Assembly (NCBI GenBank): GCA_009602735.1 | Contig: WELA01002166.1 | Coordinates: 43,891-107,890 of the forward strand | Direction: 5' to 3' | Source: Mesotaenium endlicherianum | Lineage: Eukaryota | Length of the DNA: 64,000 nt | Shown here: positions 39,970 to 53,413 of the stretch, piece after piece | How positions within the stretch are numbered: position 1 is the stretch's first letter | Layout of the letters: each line of letters begins with the position of its first letter | Notes under the pieces: generated by a model | Database searches by the model: none | What the model saw: only the letters and a program-made list of their open reading frames with translations | What the model was told of the DNA's origin: nothing | Position numbers and translations under genes: made by a program

Positions 39970-41159
39970 ATTTTCTGACGAGAAATTTTTTCTCCATTTT
40001 TCGGCGTTACCTCGCATTCGCTATGTCGAAGCCGACGCCGCTGCTGTTGGTGCAACCGCTGCTGCCGCTCACTGGCTGACAACAATGACAACCTCAACGG
40101 TCCCCCTGGCCAACTAGGCGCTGGCAGAAGTTTGCACTCTGAGCCCTTTTCACAGCGTTCATTTCGCATCCTCGCTTTTGTTTCCACCATGGTTTTTAAC
40201 ATTGCGCTTCATTCCTACTTGCAGGTTGTCCAAGGGGTTGCCGGCACATCAGGGACCGCTGGCAACGTTACTCCCCAACCCCTCCCACTCGCCACCCTTG
40301 GGCCTTCCTATAAGCCCTCCTCGCTTGAAGAATTTCAAGGTGGCCTAGGGTCCGATGTAACTCGAGAGACGATGCCACACAAGGAGCCCGCCGTACAGCC
40401 TTGTCGTCAGCCTGTTCGCACTACACGTACTCCTAGTATCAATTCTCCTCGATCTTGTAAGGGCGTTCCGCAACGGCATACCCATTCGAAAGGGAGTAAC
40501 AATGCCAATTCATCAAGACCTGCCCCAAAGACTCGCAAGCTTGAAAACACCGAGGCTTGTCACCACATTGTGGCGGCAGACCTGTGTTTTTCATGTGGCA
40601 AACAGGGACAAAGCTCCAAAAAATGTCCTTCAAGAAAGGATTCGAGGATTGGTCCCAACGAAGTAGCTCAGGGGCCAGTCACTACGCCTCCTTCTGAGCT
40701 ATTGATAACACTACTTAGTGCGCAAGAAATTCTAGGTGTTTGTTCGCATACACCAAAAATTCTTGTTCTCTCTGGCATACCCGATATCGATAAATTCCAT
40801 TCTGAATATAATGGTATGTAAGTGTTGACCTTTGACGAGTTTACGGAACTCGAGTGCATCCATGCTTGCATGTTCTTGCACTTTCAACAACATGATCCTA
40901 AAGTTGACCAGCGTTATGCACACTTGTCTCGGTTACAAAAACTGCACAAGTGCCTTGCACCAACTTATATTGCTGCATTCACACACAAATGCGAGAAGTC
41001 TGAGTCAATCACTCAATTTCCCGCGGGTTTGGCAATGCAGAATGGGATTTTGGTAAAGAAACTCCCTATTTTGCATCTTCCTCTCAAGGCGAGGACATTG
41101 CTGGTGATGCATAATGCTTCTTTAGGGTTAAGTATGATGTTTGAAACAAAAATTCAGGC

Positions 41160-42725
41160 TATTCATGCTTCACTGTCTTTGATTCAGGAGCACCAGACAG
41201 CTTCATCAGTGCACGTTCTGCACTTGGCATGAAGTTGGCTCCTGTTATAAAGACTGAACAATTTTTCCTTGGCGACGGTTTTTTAGCCCGCATAATTGGT
41301 GCGATTTAGTTGCCGCTTACGGTGTAGTCATACCTCGGCAACAAAAAATTTCACTTGACTAAATTGCCTGATGATATTGATGCAATCTTGGGTAATAGTT
41401 GGCTTACGCAAACAAGTGCATTGCTTGACTACGGTCAAAAGACATGCATTGTTCGCAAAGGAGGTAGAAAGATTACTATTCAGCCTCTTAAGCCTGGTAT
41501 GGAAATCGATAGTCCTAAAAAGACTCGCCTATTGTCCATAAAGCAAGCTCAACGTATGGCAAAGCGAGGTCAACAAGTTTTCTATGGATTACTGAGACAA
41601 GCACACCCAGAGCCTTCCACTCAGCTCTTTACGGAAGAGCCTACGTTAGAATAAAGTCCTTGGTCATGACGCGACACTTACTGCTGAACTGTCTGCTCTT
41701 TTGCAAAAGTACAAGTCTGTGTTCTCGAGTGAAATACCAGCCGGTTTACCACCTGATAGGGATACTGGGCATACGATCCCTCTTTTTCCTGACGCTCAAC
41801 CAACTTGGCGCCCGATTTATTGCCTCAGCCCGTTGGAGCTTACAAAAATGAAGGACCAAACTATCGACTTGCTCGATAAAGGATGGACTGAGCCGAGCTT
41901 TTCTTCATTCGGGGCCCCCATCCTATTTGGTTATAAGAAAGATGGGACGCTCAGGATGTCCATTGATTATCGTGCGTTGAACAACATAACGGTCAAGAAC
42001 CGCTATTCGTTGCCTCGCATTGATAATTTGTTTGATTCGTTGCAGAGGGCATGCGTGTTCTCCTCACTTGATCTAGCCCAAGGCTATCATCAAATTCAAA
42101 TCGCACCAGAGGAAGTCCCCAAGACAGCGTTTTGGACGCCTATTGGGCACTTCCAATACAAAGTCCTAGGTTTTGGACTTACCAATGCACTAGCGACATT
42201 CCAAAGCACGATAAACGATTTGTTTAGACCGTACTTGGGTAAGTTCGTCCAGGATTACCTCAACAATATCCTTGTTTATTTGAAGACAAAGGACGAGCAT
42301 TACAAGCACTTGGATTTGGTGTTACAAATCTTCAACGAGCAACAGCTGTATGCTAAGCTCAGAAAATATTCCTTCCTAAAGGATGAGGTGTTGTACCTCG
42401 GGCACATTGTGGGTTTAAAAGGGGTGCGCCCCGACCCAGCCAAAATAGCATGTGTCGCAGATTGGCCTGTCCTGACTGAAACGTACATACTGTATGTTCA
42501 TTCCTTGGGTTTGTTAACTACTTTCGTAAGTTTATGCAAGGTTACTCGATAATGGCCGCGCCACTCACTGCTCTGACGAGGAAAAATGTGCCGTTTTTTT
42601 GGAATGAGAATATGCAATTAGCGTTTGTGCGCATTTTATATGCACTTACTCATGCGCCGATTCTTTCATTCGCCGATCCCAACTTGCCTTACGAGGTGGT
42701 TGCTGATACGTCTGGCGCAACGCTG
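41160..42725 (+). pseudogene. pol: Protease, RT and partial RNase H pseudogene of element E
   Basis: ORF pieces 41355-41654, 41701-42552 and 42534 onward, with stops, frameshifts and mutated catalytic aspartates. Confidence 0.9.
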
Positions 42726-45444
42726 GTTGGCCTCAAAAAATCCTCTCATGTTCTTGTCCTCATTATCTCAAGCAGGGAGTTAGAGATGTTAAGTTGCGTA
42801 TTGTTATCTACAACAGACACACTATTGTTGCAAAAAAGAAAAAAAAACAGTCCAACCTCAACAACAATGTTGATATCATCATACATTGCCTTCAACACTC
42901 TCTCTTACAACTGCATGTAATCGAGGCAACTGCAAGGTTGCAAGACTAAAATGTCATTAATGATCAAAATGCAGTAGTCAGGTGTGTCAAGGGCAACTGC
43001 GACTTGAGTCTTCAAGGAAGGTGTGTGTGATGGTGACATGCTTGCAAGCACTACTCGCTCAAAGGGTTCAATTTTGTTACTGGAGAGGTCACAGCCATCT
43101 TCGTCGCCTGTGCTAAGGTTACTGCAGTTCCAAGCTTGCTTTAGATCCAACTCCCAAGTTTGCACTGGATCCAATTGGCAGGTCCTCTTTCGCTTCCCAA
43201 CCAACCTAAAATTTTCTCTCTTGGCGTCACGCATGTTGCAAGATCTTCATTGCTACTAAAGGTCCACAATGATGAAAAATCTTTCACAAGAGACCTTGCA
43301 GCTCCAAATTTTGTCTTAAAGTGTACTCTGTCGGAGGCTTCTTGCCATAGTTTGACGACCTTTGGTACAGGGTCACGTTCTAACTGCCTCTTTGCTGCGC
43401 AATTCTTGCGTTGTCTGTGCCACCAGTTCTTGAAGATTGTTTTGGTCCACTCTTCAAGTTGGCTTGCAATGAGGACTCACTTGTTCCCATGAATTTTCTA
43501 TTAACAAAACAAACAATAGGCATGTAGCAAAATATTAACACGGTAATAATCAAGAAAGAACACATGATTCAGGTACATAACTCTTTTATGCACAGTCTTG
43601 TCTATTATTGCAACTTTGACACATGAAAGTCTACAACGTAAACAACTTACAAATGCTTCGCAAAATGCTACTTCTGTCAAATTGCTGGTAGTAGGTGTAA
43701 CATCCCAGGTTGCCCATTTTTTCATATCCAATTTATATGGAATAAAATGCGACGTTGTAAATGTGACAACGTAAGACACTTAAATTTGTGTTCCGCTAAG
43801 CCTTCACATGCTACATAATTTGACCATCGTGAGAGATATCTTCAGCATTCCAATAATGAACCATAGAACAATGGCACTAAGTTGTACATCAATTATATGC
43901 AAAACACCAAGATTTGAGTGTTATATGACGCAATAATCCACACAACAGCAATGAATTGTCAATCAAAGTGCAAACATTAAAAGTTCCCGCCAAATTTCAC
44001 CTACAATAACAGTATGTTTTTCCTCCTCACTCATCTTTACATGCCTGAGTCCCTCTTGCCGGTGCGTCATTCACCTTTCCATGCAATTTTTTGCATCCCT
44101 TCTCAAAGACAGGTCAATTTCATTGTTGAAGTCAATTTAAGCCGCAAGCTCACCATAATGTCTACTTTTTCTTTGTTCTCTTTTCCATCCTTACTTCGCA
44201 TATATCAACCACCATATAAAATCCATGTAGTAGTTGGTCAATCAGTAGAAAACGTCAAATAGGAACTTAATAATCTTCACAAGTTTTATAACCACAATGA
44301 CTAAGTTTGCTTTGACAGCCATACATTTGTTTTCGTAGAGCCCAAACAAGAATGCACCACTTCATGAATTTTGATGAAAGAGCAAAACTGCTTTGATAAA
44401 GCGCAGAATGCTCAATTCCTTGTAAAATTTAATGCATTAGCATGGCTTCTAACTCCAGAACTTAGCTTGTTTGCTTCTATACCTTCAACTGGCAACCCCC
44501 AAAAATCTTAGTGATGTATAATCATATCGGCGCTCCACATAGGATGCAATTATACACGTACTTTGGGGTCTTTCCAATAGAGAGTAAGGACGCTTTTTTC
44601 GCCGTAAAAGTAGTCCCTTCACATATGTCCTTAAAGTATTTTAAGCAGGGGTACATACATCAGATGTCAATGAAGGTTATAACTTTCAACAACATAAATT
44701 AGCTATGTCAAAAGTATCAACACAAAGCTAGATTGAAATTCTTGCAACAGCAATATGTACCAACAGTGCACATCTTAGAAGTCACTGAAAAACTTGGATT
44801 TCAGACTAAAATCTTCAATGTCATGAATATGCTTATACAGTTGATCAATTGCCACATGGGTTCATATGGTAGTGTGCTAGCTCATATTTGATTAGTCAAG
44901 AATAATACAATAATGTGTGGATACATGTCAATGAGCTGGTGATAGATTGATATGGACAAATGTAAATGTTAGAATAGAAATTAATCTTAAGGAGTATTGG
45001 GTGTGATAACGTGTGCAAGCTTTAAACATGTGCGAGGTGAATGAGAATTTTTGAATTGCTACTCTGAATTGTACACAAGAAACTTAACATTGGTGCAAGT
45101 TGAACGCTTTTCACTTTGTCGATTGCAGCCAGCTCCAACTGCTAGCAACAGCTGCTTTTTTGTTTGCGACTCACAGTTGCGCGCCATAGTTAAGTGCAAT
45201 TGACCCCCATCAAGCAGTTGTGTTAAAAGGCTAGAGAGTTAGGGTGCGATGCTAAAGTTGGGACGATTGGTTTTGGAACCAATTGAAAGAAATGGAAATC
45301 ATATGAAATATCTTGCAACTTTAGGGCAGTAGTCGTGCTCAAAAGGATTTGATGATCGAGCATGGATGAATTACAAGTATCAACAATAATCAGTGAGCAT
45401 AATGAACATGGTGATCAGACCCCTCGATTTAAAAAATTTAGATG

Positions 45445-48400
45445 TGTAGTGATTTGAGTTATAACATAATAGTTTGCATATTATTTAATATTTTTGAATA
45501 TATTTGGAGTAGTATTGTGTGGAGTCAAGTGCAAACAGATACTCTAGTGACTTGGTTCATGTCCTTTGAACCTCCTGAGGCATTTTCAAAGTTAGAGGAA
45601 GAACTTAGAAGAACTCCATGCGGCAAAAGTCAAATGTGCCATTTTTAGGTCAAAAGGACATGTGTACATTATTCTAGAAAGAGGTGGCAAGTTTTGGGAT
45701 GTGTTGGGTGCCAACACATCAACATACACCTTCCTAGATATTACTTATGTAGCAAGTACATAAACAAGAGCTAGAAAATAGAAAGACATTCCAGAATCAC
45801 TCTTGTACGTGCCAAATTCAAGAAATATTATAACTTTCCAGAAGTCATCTCTCTTTCAAGAAGCTACCATTTGTGTTCAAAGATCCTTGTATTGAAGAGA
45901 TAAAGTATACTATTTGACTAAGTACTTTATCTATCTGTTTCACTACAGTGGTATCGTAGCTAGGCACTTTGGTAGCACAAGAAGATGGCCGATCCTCAAG
46001 ACCAACAGCAAGCTTTCGAAGGAAGCCCTTCCTCTCCAAGAGACCCTCCTCCAGCGTCGATGAGAGAGCCCACTCAAGAAAATCTGCAACAACAAGAAGC
46101 TCCACAAGGAGGAGCACCGTCAAATCTCGTGGCAGCCGCTCTAGCAAAGTTGACCCCACCACAAGGAGTTTCCGCAAATGAGTGGGCAGCCTTCCTAATG
46201 ATCGTCCACAACCAAGTGGGCTTGACCACCTATGAAGTAACCGTGCAAGCGTCAAGATAAGCTATGGCTGCCATGGTTGCCTCTATTGCGAGCAACGCTC
46301 AAAATCCAGCCCCGGCTCAAGCGCCTCCACAAGAGCCTACGAGAGCAAGGAAACTCATGAAGCCCGGCAAACCAGACACTTTCAATCCTGGAAGAGGAGC
46401 CAAACTGAATCTGTGGCTCTACCAAGTGGAGACGTACCTCATATTCCTTGAAGTACCCGAGGAGGACTACGTCCCTTTTGCCGTTACCTTGCTCAGAGGA
46501 GCAGCAACATCATGGTGGCGTAACTATCAAGCGGCTGTATATCAAGCTGTGGCGCATCCCGTACCCGGCCAAGAGCCTCCACCATCATATGCAAGATGGG
46601 TGGATTCTTGTGAAGCCCTCCAGAAGCAATTCATGCCCATTAATGCGGAGAAAATTGCTCAAGAAAAGCTTCGCCATCTCAAGCAAACAACGTCCGTTCA
46701 AGAATACACATCCATATTTTATGACCTCACTCTTGAGATCCCCAACATGTTGCTCGAGGAGAAGATTGATCATCATGTGTTTGGCCTCAAGCCCAAGGTG
46801 GCAAAAGAAGTGGAATTGCGCAACTTGACGGACTTTTCAAATATTATTGAAGTGGCTCAAAAGGTGGATACCTTGGATTTCAAGCACTCCGTACCTTCAT
46901 CTTCACGGGCACTGGCGACGCAGGTGTACGCAGCTCCTTCCACATCCGAATCTGGACCCACACCCATGGAAATTGGAATTATTAGAAGGAACCCCGCGGC
47001 TGCTTGGAAGAATAGAAGACCCTCCAATGACACTTATGATGCAAGAAAGTAGCAAGGAGTGAAAGCAAGACTCTCTCCGGCTGAAAAAGGAGCTCTCATG
47101 ACGGCTGGACTGTGCTTTTATTGTAAGGAAAAGGGCCATCGTGCACTCTCATGCCCCAAAAAGTTGTCAAAAAATGGACAGCGCCGGTAGGCCAGAAGCC
47201 TACCACCCCAAGACCCACTTCACGAGAAGACAACAAGCCAAGTGAGGTGGAGACCCCCGTTGAAGACGACTTTCCAGCCCCAATGAGTTTGAGAGGTTAC
47301 CTTGGAGGAGAGAAGGTCCACATCTTGGTGGATAGCGGAGCTCAAGGCAACTTCATCGCTGCAGATTTTGCCACCAAGCACGGAATTACTATGCGAACTC
47401 TTGACCACGACGAGGAGATTATGATGCCCGATGGATTCTCCTATACTACCCCTTCCAAGAAGACGTACCCCTTGGCACTCTCTATCAAGTCCTTCAAGGA
47501 TAGAGTAGTGTTCTCCCCCATGCAATTGGGCAAGTACGACGTCATCCTAGGGACGCCTTGGTTGACCAAGCACAACCCCCAAGTTGATTGGAGGACCGGT
47601 ACTATCAAGATCAAGAATGACATCACTTCAAGAATCTGTATTTTGCGCGCAATCCAGAATATCCAGACCCAAGACATCGAGAAGCCGGCACACGAGATAC
47701 TATTGTCCGCCCTCCAACTCAAGAGACTTGTGAGGAAGGGACACGAGCTTCTTTTGGCCTTGATCACGCCAAAAGACATCAAGAAAGACATTGAGAGTCA
47801 AGAAGGCAGCCCCGTACCCAAGGAGATACAAGAAGTCTTAGAGGACTACAAAGAAGTATTCTCCCCTGAATTGCCCAAGGACCTACCCCTCAAGAGATTC
47901 GTAGACCATAAGATAGAGTTGGAGCCTAGAAGCAAGCCCATCTCTTGGCCTACGTTCAAGATGTCATACACGGAGCTAGACGAAGTCAAGAAGCAAATCA
48001 AGGAGCTACTGGAGCATGGCTTCATTCGACCTAGCAAGTCGCCATTTGGAGCCCCGGTGCTATTTGTCAAGAAGAAAGATGGTATACCTTGAGGATGTGT
48101 GTGGACTATCGCGCCCTCAACAAGATCACCATCAAGAATCGATACCCGCTGCCGTGCATGGATGAGCTCATGGATCGGCTGGTCGGAGCCAAGTACTTCA
48201 CAACGGTGGACTTGAGAAGCGGCTACCACCAGATTCACAGCGCTGAACCTGACATAGAGAAAACGGCGTTCCGAACAAGATATGGACAGTTTGAGTTCAT
48301 GGTCCTGCCTTTTGGACTCACCTACGCGCTAGCAACTTTCATGACTATGATGAACACCATATTTCAGCCCATGTTGGACAGATTTGTAGTGGTATTCATC

Positions 48401-51400
48401 GATGATATCCTTATCTACAGCAAGACCCTTGAAGAGCATGCGAGACACTTGGAAGAAGTCCTCGGAGTATTGAAGCAAAACAAGCTATTTGCAAAGGAGT
48501 CAAAGTGCGAGTTTGCGAAACAAGAAGTGGAGTTCCTAGGTCTCCACGTGACTGTTGATGGCATCAAGATGGACCCCAAGAAGACCATGGTGGTGGAGGA
48601 ATGGCCAACCCCCACGACTAAGAAAGAAGTTTAATCATTCTTGGGATTTGCCAATTGGTACAGGAGATTCATCCAGAGCTTCTCGCATATAGCAGGCCCT
48701 CTCACGGATCTACTGAAGAAGGACAAGCCATATGTTTGGAAGCGTTCCAACAGCTGAAGCAAAGATTGACGACATCCCCTGTGCTTACACTCCCAAGTCC
48801 AAACCCAGATTGGCCCTTCCACGTCATCACCGATGCATCTTCCTATGCAATAGGAGCAATTCTGCTTTAAGACCAAGGCAAGGGACTGCAGCCCATTGCC
48901 TACGAGTCAAGGAAGCTAAATCCAGCCGAGCAAAATTATACAACCACTGAGCGAGAGACATTGGCGATTGTACATGCCTTGAAGGTTTGGCGCTGCTACG
49001 TTGAAGGACGCAAGGTGCTGGTCATTACGGACCACGAGGCGTTGAAGCACCTCCAGACGCAGCCGTATCTCTCAAGGAGGAGACAAGCAAGATGGAGCGA
49101 ATACTTGCAACAATACAACATCACGAGTCAGTACCAGTCCGACAAGGCAAACCCAGCTGACCCCCTCTCAAGACTGCAATTAAACACAGTGATGACATCC
49201 TTGAAGACAGATCCAAAAGCTCGATTTTCAGTCGCCTATGAAAGAGACCCTTACTACAAGAACGGAGAAGCGGCCTTGGACCCATACAAGAAGCAAGAAG
49301 GCAATTATTGGGTGAGGCAAGACACGAGCCAGAGATGTGTTCTTGAGGACTTAGATCTCCGGCTCTTGCTTCTACAAGAAGCACACAACAACCCTCTTGG
49401 AGGACATTTTGGGATACTCAAGACCACGGGCGTCCTAGCCAGGACTTATTGCTGACAAGGCATGTCTAAGCAAGTCAAGGAGTACTGCAGGAGCTGTGAC
49501 ACATGCCAAAGAGTCAAGCCATCATCACAAAAGTCGAGAGGACTCCTCCAACCACTCCCAATCCCGGAAAGACAATGGACGGACATCTCAATAGACCTTA
49601 TCGTGGACCTGCCCGTGACACCTCGAGGCCATAATGCAATACTCACAGTGGTGGACAGACTTACTAAGATGGCTCATTTTATTCCCACAACGACTAAGGC
49701 TACAGCACCACAACTTGCAAGACTCGTCTGACAACATCTTCCGACTTCATGGACTACCATCAAGAATTGTGTTGGATAGAGATCCAAGATTCACAAGCCA
49801 ATTCTGAAAAATCTCTTCAAGAACTTGGGTACATTGCTGGATATATCCACTGCCTATCACCCGCAATCAGATGGGCAAACCAAGCGTATGAATCGTACCC
49901 TAAAGACCTCTCTGAAGGCCTACGTGTCTACTCTAGAGCAAGATCGGGACATGTACTTGACCCCCCTGGAGTTTGCCTACAACAACACGACGCAGGCCTC
50001 TACCCAAGAGTCCCCATTCTTCCTCAACTATGGCTTCCATCCGACCACGCCGCTGAGCTTCACGGCTGGCCATGATGAAGTACCTGCAGCAACAAATTTT
50101 ATGGAGACATTAGAAGCAGCCCTTACAGCAGCAAAGAAAGCTCTACAACAGGCGCAAGATGCTCAAGCAAGAGTGGCAAACAGGTCCAGAAGAGAACTTA
50201 CGTACAGAGTGAGTGACAACATGTTACTATCATCCAAGAATATTTCCCTGAACAACAGGCCTGCCGGGACACTTCAAGATTATATAACAAGTCAACCCCG
50301 TTGCTTTCAAGCTAGAACTTCCCCAGACTATGCACATCGACCCCGTATTCCACGCTTCCCTCTTCGAGCCATATGTGCAACTCGATAACAAGTTCCCAGG
50401 ATTAGTGACGACCCCACTAGCCCCAACAATAGGGGGTGATCATTTGGAGTACAAAGTGGAAGACATAGTGGCTATGAGAAATGTCAAGAGACAGCAGCAA
50501 TACTTGATCAAGTAGAAAGGATATCGAGATTCTGAGAATAGTTGGGTGGCGGTGCACTACCTTGACAAAGTTAAGAAAAAGCTGAAACGCTTCCATGTCG
50601 CCAACCCCCATCTTAGACCAGCCCCAAGTCTCTTTACTGGAAGCCCGAAGACTTTAGAAAGGCAGCCTGCCACCATTAAGAAGCAGCAAAAGACCCCTTG
50701 GAGGCAGCCTGCAAGAACCAAAAAGAGGAAAAAATGACATTAGACACTTTTCTCTTCTTGCAGTTTCTGGATAGAAAACTAAAACTGCTATTGGTGATAG
50801 GTCTCTGCATAATAAATTCTGAAAATTTACTTGGCTGTAGTCTATAAGTAGGTGGTTGTTTAGAGTCCAATTTTGATCAATTTGAAGCTGCGATTAGAGA
50901 GAGAAAAGTATCTAAACATAAGGAAGTCAGGCTGCTGGCATTATTAGGGCAGAATCTGCCTTCTGACATTGTGCCCTCCCCTGAACTTGGAATTCTCTGA
51001 AAATCAAGACTAAGGTAAAAGCCCTTATTGCACCCATTTAGAGACTAACTTTGAAGAAGTATAGAAGGACTTATGATTTTCAGAAGTTTCTGCACAGATT
51101 TGGAGGAGTGCGTACTCTCTCAGCTCTCAACAACACTCCAAAAATTAGAATGCTCCCAAATTTAGTGACTTGATAGAGTGCTTTGACGCGGTCCGTTTGG
51201 CATTAGAATTTTCAGATTTGGAGCAGTTTTGTGAACGCTATGGATTTTTGAATTCGTGGCAGATTCTAGGCCAACTTGTACAATTTTCTTTATCATCAAG
51301 GAGTAGGCTAGCCAATAAGGTCACACCACCCACGACCTTGCCTAATCTACCTCACATGTGTAGCACCTGACTTGGCGCCTTTGACTAATCCTCTTCACAT

Positions 51401-51999
51401 GTGTGGCATCTGACTTGAAGCTGTTGACTAATCTGCTCCACAAGTGTAAGACCTAACTTGATGCGCCGAGACGTCGCTTTTTCTGTCGGGGGGATGATGT
51501 AGTGATTTGAGTTATAATATCTTAGTTTGCATATATTTTAATGCTTTTGGATATATGTGGAGTAGTATTGTGTGAAGTCAAGTGTAAATAGGTACTCTAG
51601 TGACTTGGTTCATGTCCTTTGAACCTTCTAAGGCATTTTTGAAATTAGAGGAAGAACTTAGAAGAACTCCATGTGGCAAAGTCAAATGTGCCATTTTTAG
51701 GTCAAAAGGATATGTGTACATTATTCCAGAAAGAGGTGGCAAGTTTTGGGATGTGTTGGGTGTCAACACACCAACATGCACCTTTCTAGAAATTACTTAT
51801 GTAGCAAGTATATAAACAAGAGCTAGAACATACAAAGAAATTCCAGGATCACTCTTGTACTTGCCAAATTCCAGAAATATATTAATTTTCAAGAAGCCAC
51901 CTCTCTTTTAGGAAGCTACCAATGGTGTTCAAAAATCCTTGTCTTGAATAGATAAAGTATTATATATCACTAAGTACTTCATCTATCTGTTTCACTACA
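45445..51999 (+). mobile_element. Decayed full-length copy B of the copy-A family, opposite orientation
   Basis: LTRs 45445-45947 and 51498-51999, PBS TGGTATCGTAGCTAGG (45949-45964), PPT at 51488-51497, and gag/pol colinear with A. Flanks AGATG and CACAC do not match each other. Confidence 0.97.
45985..50737 (+). pseudogene. gag-pol pseudogene of copy B
   Basis: Multiple in-frame stops (e.g. 46258, 47050, 48632, 48868, 49453, 50513), frameshifts and small deletions relative to copy A. Confidence 0.95.
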
Positions 52000-52910
52000 C
52001 ACACGGCTTGCATTTCTTGCAGAAAAAAAATCAAATACTTATAATTTGCAACCAGTTAGCTGTTTTTTCCATGTGCAAATTTTTCTGGTCCCTATCATGG
52101 GGTGCTCACACGTGGTATATAAAGTAAATTGGAAGTTGCCATGTAGGAGCTGGTTTGCTAGCGCTCGCTTGTATGAAAGACTAGAATTACGTACAATATA
52201 CCAATTGAATGTGACATGGTGTACGCACATGGATAAGCTAAGATACACTTGATTTCAATTGGGTTCTTGGAGACAAGCAGTAACAAAATTTACAACATTG
52301 TCCAAAACATTGATTGCTTCACCACACTGCAATTTGGGCCGCAAAATGTTTTTATTTGTTGATTAGTTCTTTGGCTTCTGATGATCCGATGTTAGGTGAA
52401 GAGAGGAGTACAATAAATGGGACGGTATTGAGCATGCAAGCAATAGGCATCACTAGGAAGCAAGACTACTTGTATGCCAATTAAAATCAAAAATTACGCA
52501 ACCTCGATACTAAGCTTACGCAAATATTTAGAATCTACTTTCATGCCACGAATCTGTTGTGGCTTCTTCATAATGTGGTGCCAATGCTCAAGGGAGAAGG
52601 TAAATTCTAAGATTGACCACCAATACCTGCCATATCTAATCTTTAATCACCACTGTCTTTGTCAGGCCCCTCAACTTACGACACTATACGAATTTCTCAA
52701 ATACCATTTGTCCAGGCTAAGGACTTTAGAAAACTACCATCCAAAAGTTCAAGGATATTTTGAGCAACTTTAAAGTAGATAGTAGCATCCGTGACAACCT
52801 TCACAAGAGATCCAAAGAATTTGAAATTGATATGATAGTTGCTCACAATACTTAAAAGTATGTACAACATCAAGTCGGGTATGAAAACATCAAAAAAGAA
52901 TGTAACATCT
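52000..52910. other. 911-bp segment inverted by recombination between oppositely oriented LTRs
   Basis: Its ends CACAC and CATCT are the reverse complements of the outer flanks GTGTG (53414-53418) and AGATG (45440-45444). Confidence 0.85.
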
Positions 52911-53413
52911 TGTAGTGAAACAGACTGATAAAGTACTTAGTAAAATATAATACTTTATCTATTCAAGACAAGGATCTTTGAACACAAGTGGTAGCTTCTT
53001 GAAAGAAAGATGACTTCTTGAAAGTTAATATATTTTTGGAATTTGGCATGTACAAGAGTGATTCTGGAATGTCTCTCTATTTTCTAGCTCTTGTTTATAT
53101 ACTTGCTACATAAGTAATTTTTAGAAAGGTGCATGTTGATGTGTTGGCACCCAACACATCCCAAAATTTTCCACCTCTTTCTGGAATAATGTACACATGT
53201 CCTTTTGACCTAAAAATGGCACATTTGAATTTTGCCACATGGAGTTCTTCTAGGTCCTTCCTCTAACTTTGAAAATGCCTTAGAAGATTCAAAGGACATG
53301 AACCAAGTCACTAGAGTATCTATTCACACTTGATTCCACACAATACTACTCCAAATATATTCAAATGCATCAAAATATATGCAAACTAATATATTATAAC
53401 TCAAATCACTACA
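52911..53413 (-). mobile_element. Solo (recombinant) LTR C of the copy-A family
   Basis: Full 503-bp LTR with no PBS or PPT; flanks CATCT and GTGTG. Confidence 0.95.

Larger units (their letters stand above)
38776..42725 (+). mobile_element. 3'-truncated, decayed Ty3/gypsy element of a second family (E)
   Basis: 910-bp LTR TGTAACG…CGTTACA (38776-39685), PBS TGGTATTGGAGCCA (39687-39700), gag remnant with CFSCGKQGQSSKKC, protease FDSGA (about 41178) and DAILGNSWL, RT (DYRALNN; YLNN in place of YLDD) and RNase H start YEVVADTSG. No integrase or 3' LTR. Confidence 0.92.

Noticed and set aside
23649..53413. Apparent systematic 5' versus 3' LTR dimorphism (GATAAAG in both 5' LTRs, GATGAAG in both 3' LTRs)
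   Set aside because: In B it is explained by the exchange with solo LTR C, and both alleles also occur in solo LTRs, so it is ordinary family polymorphism.
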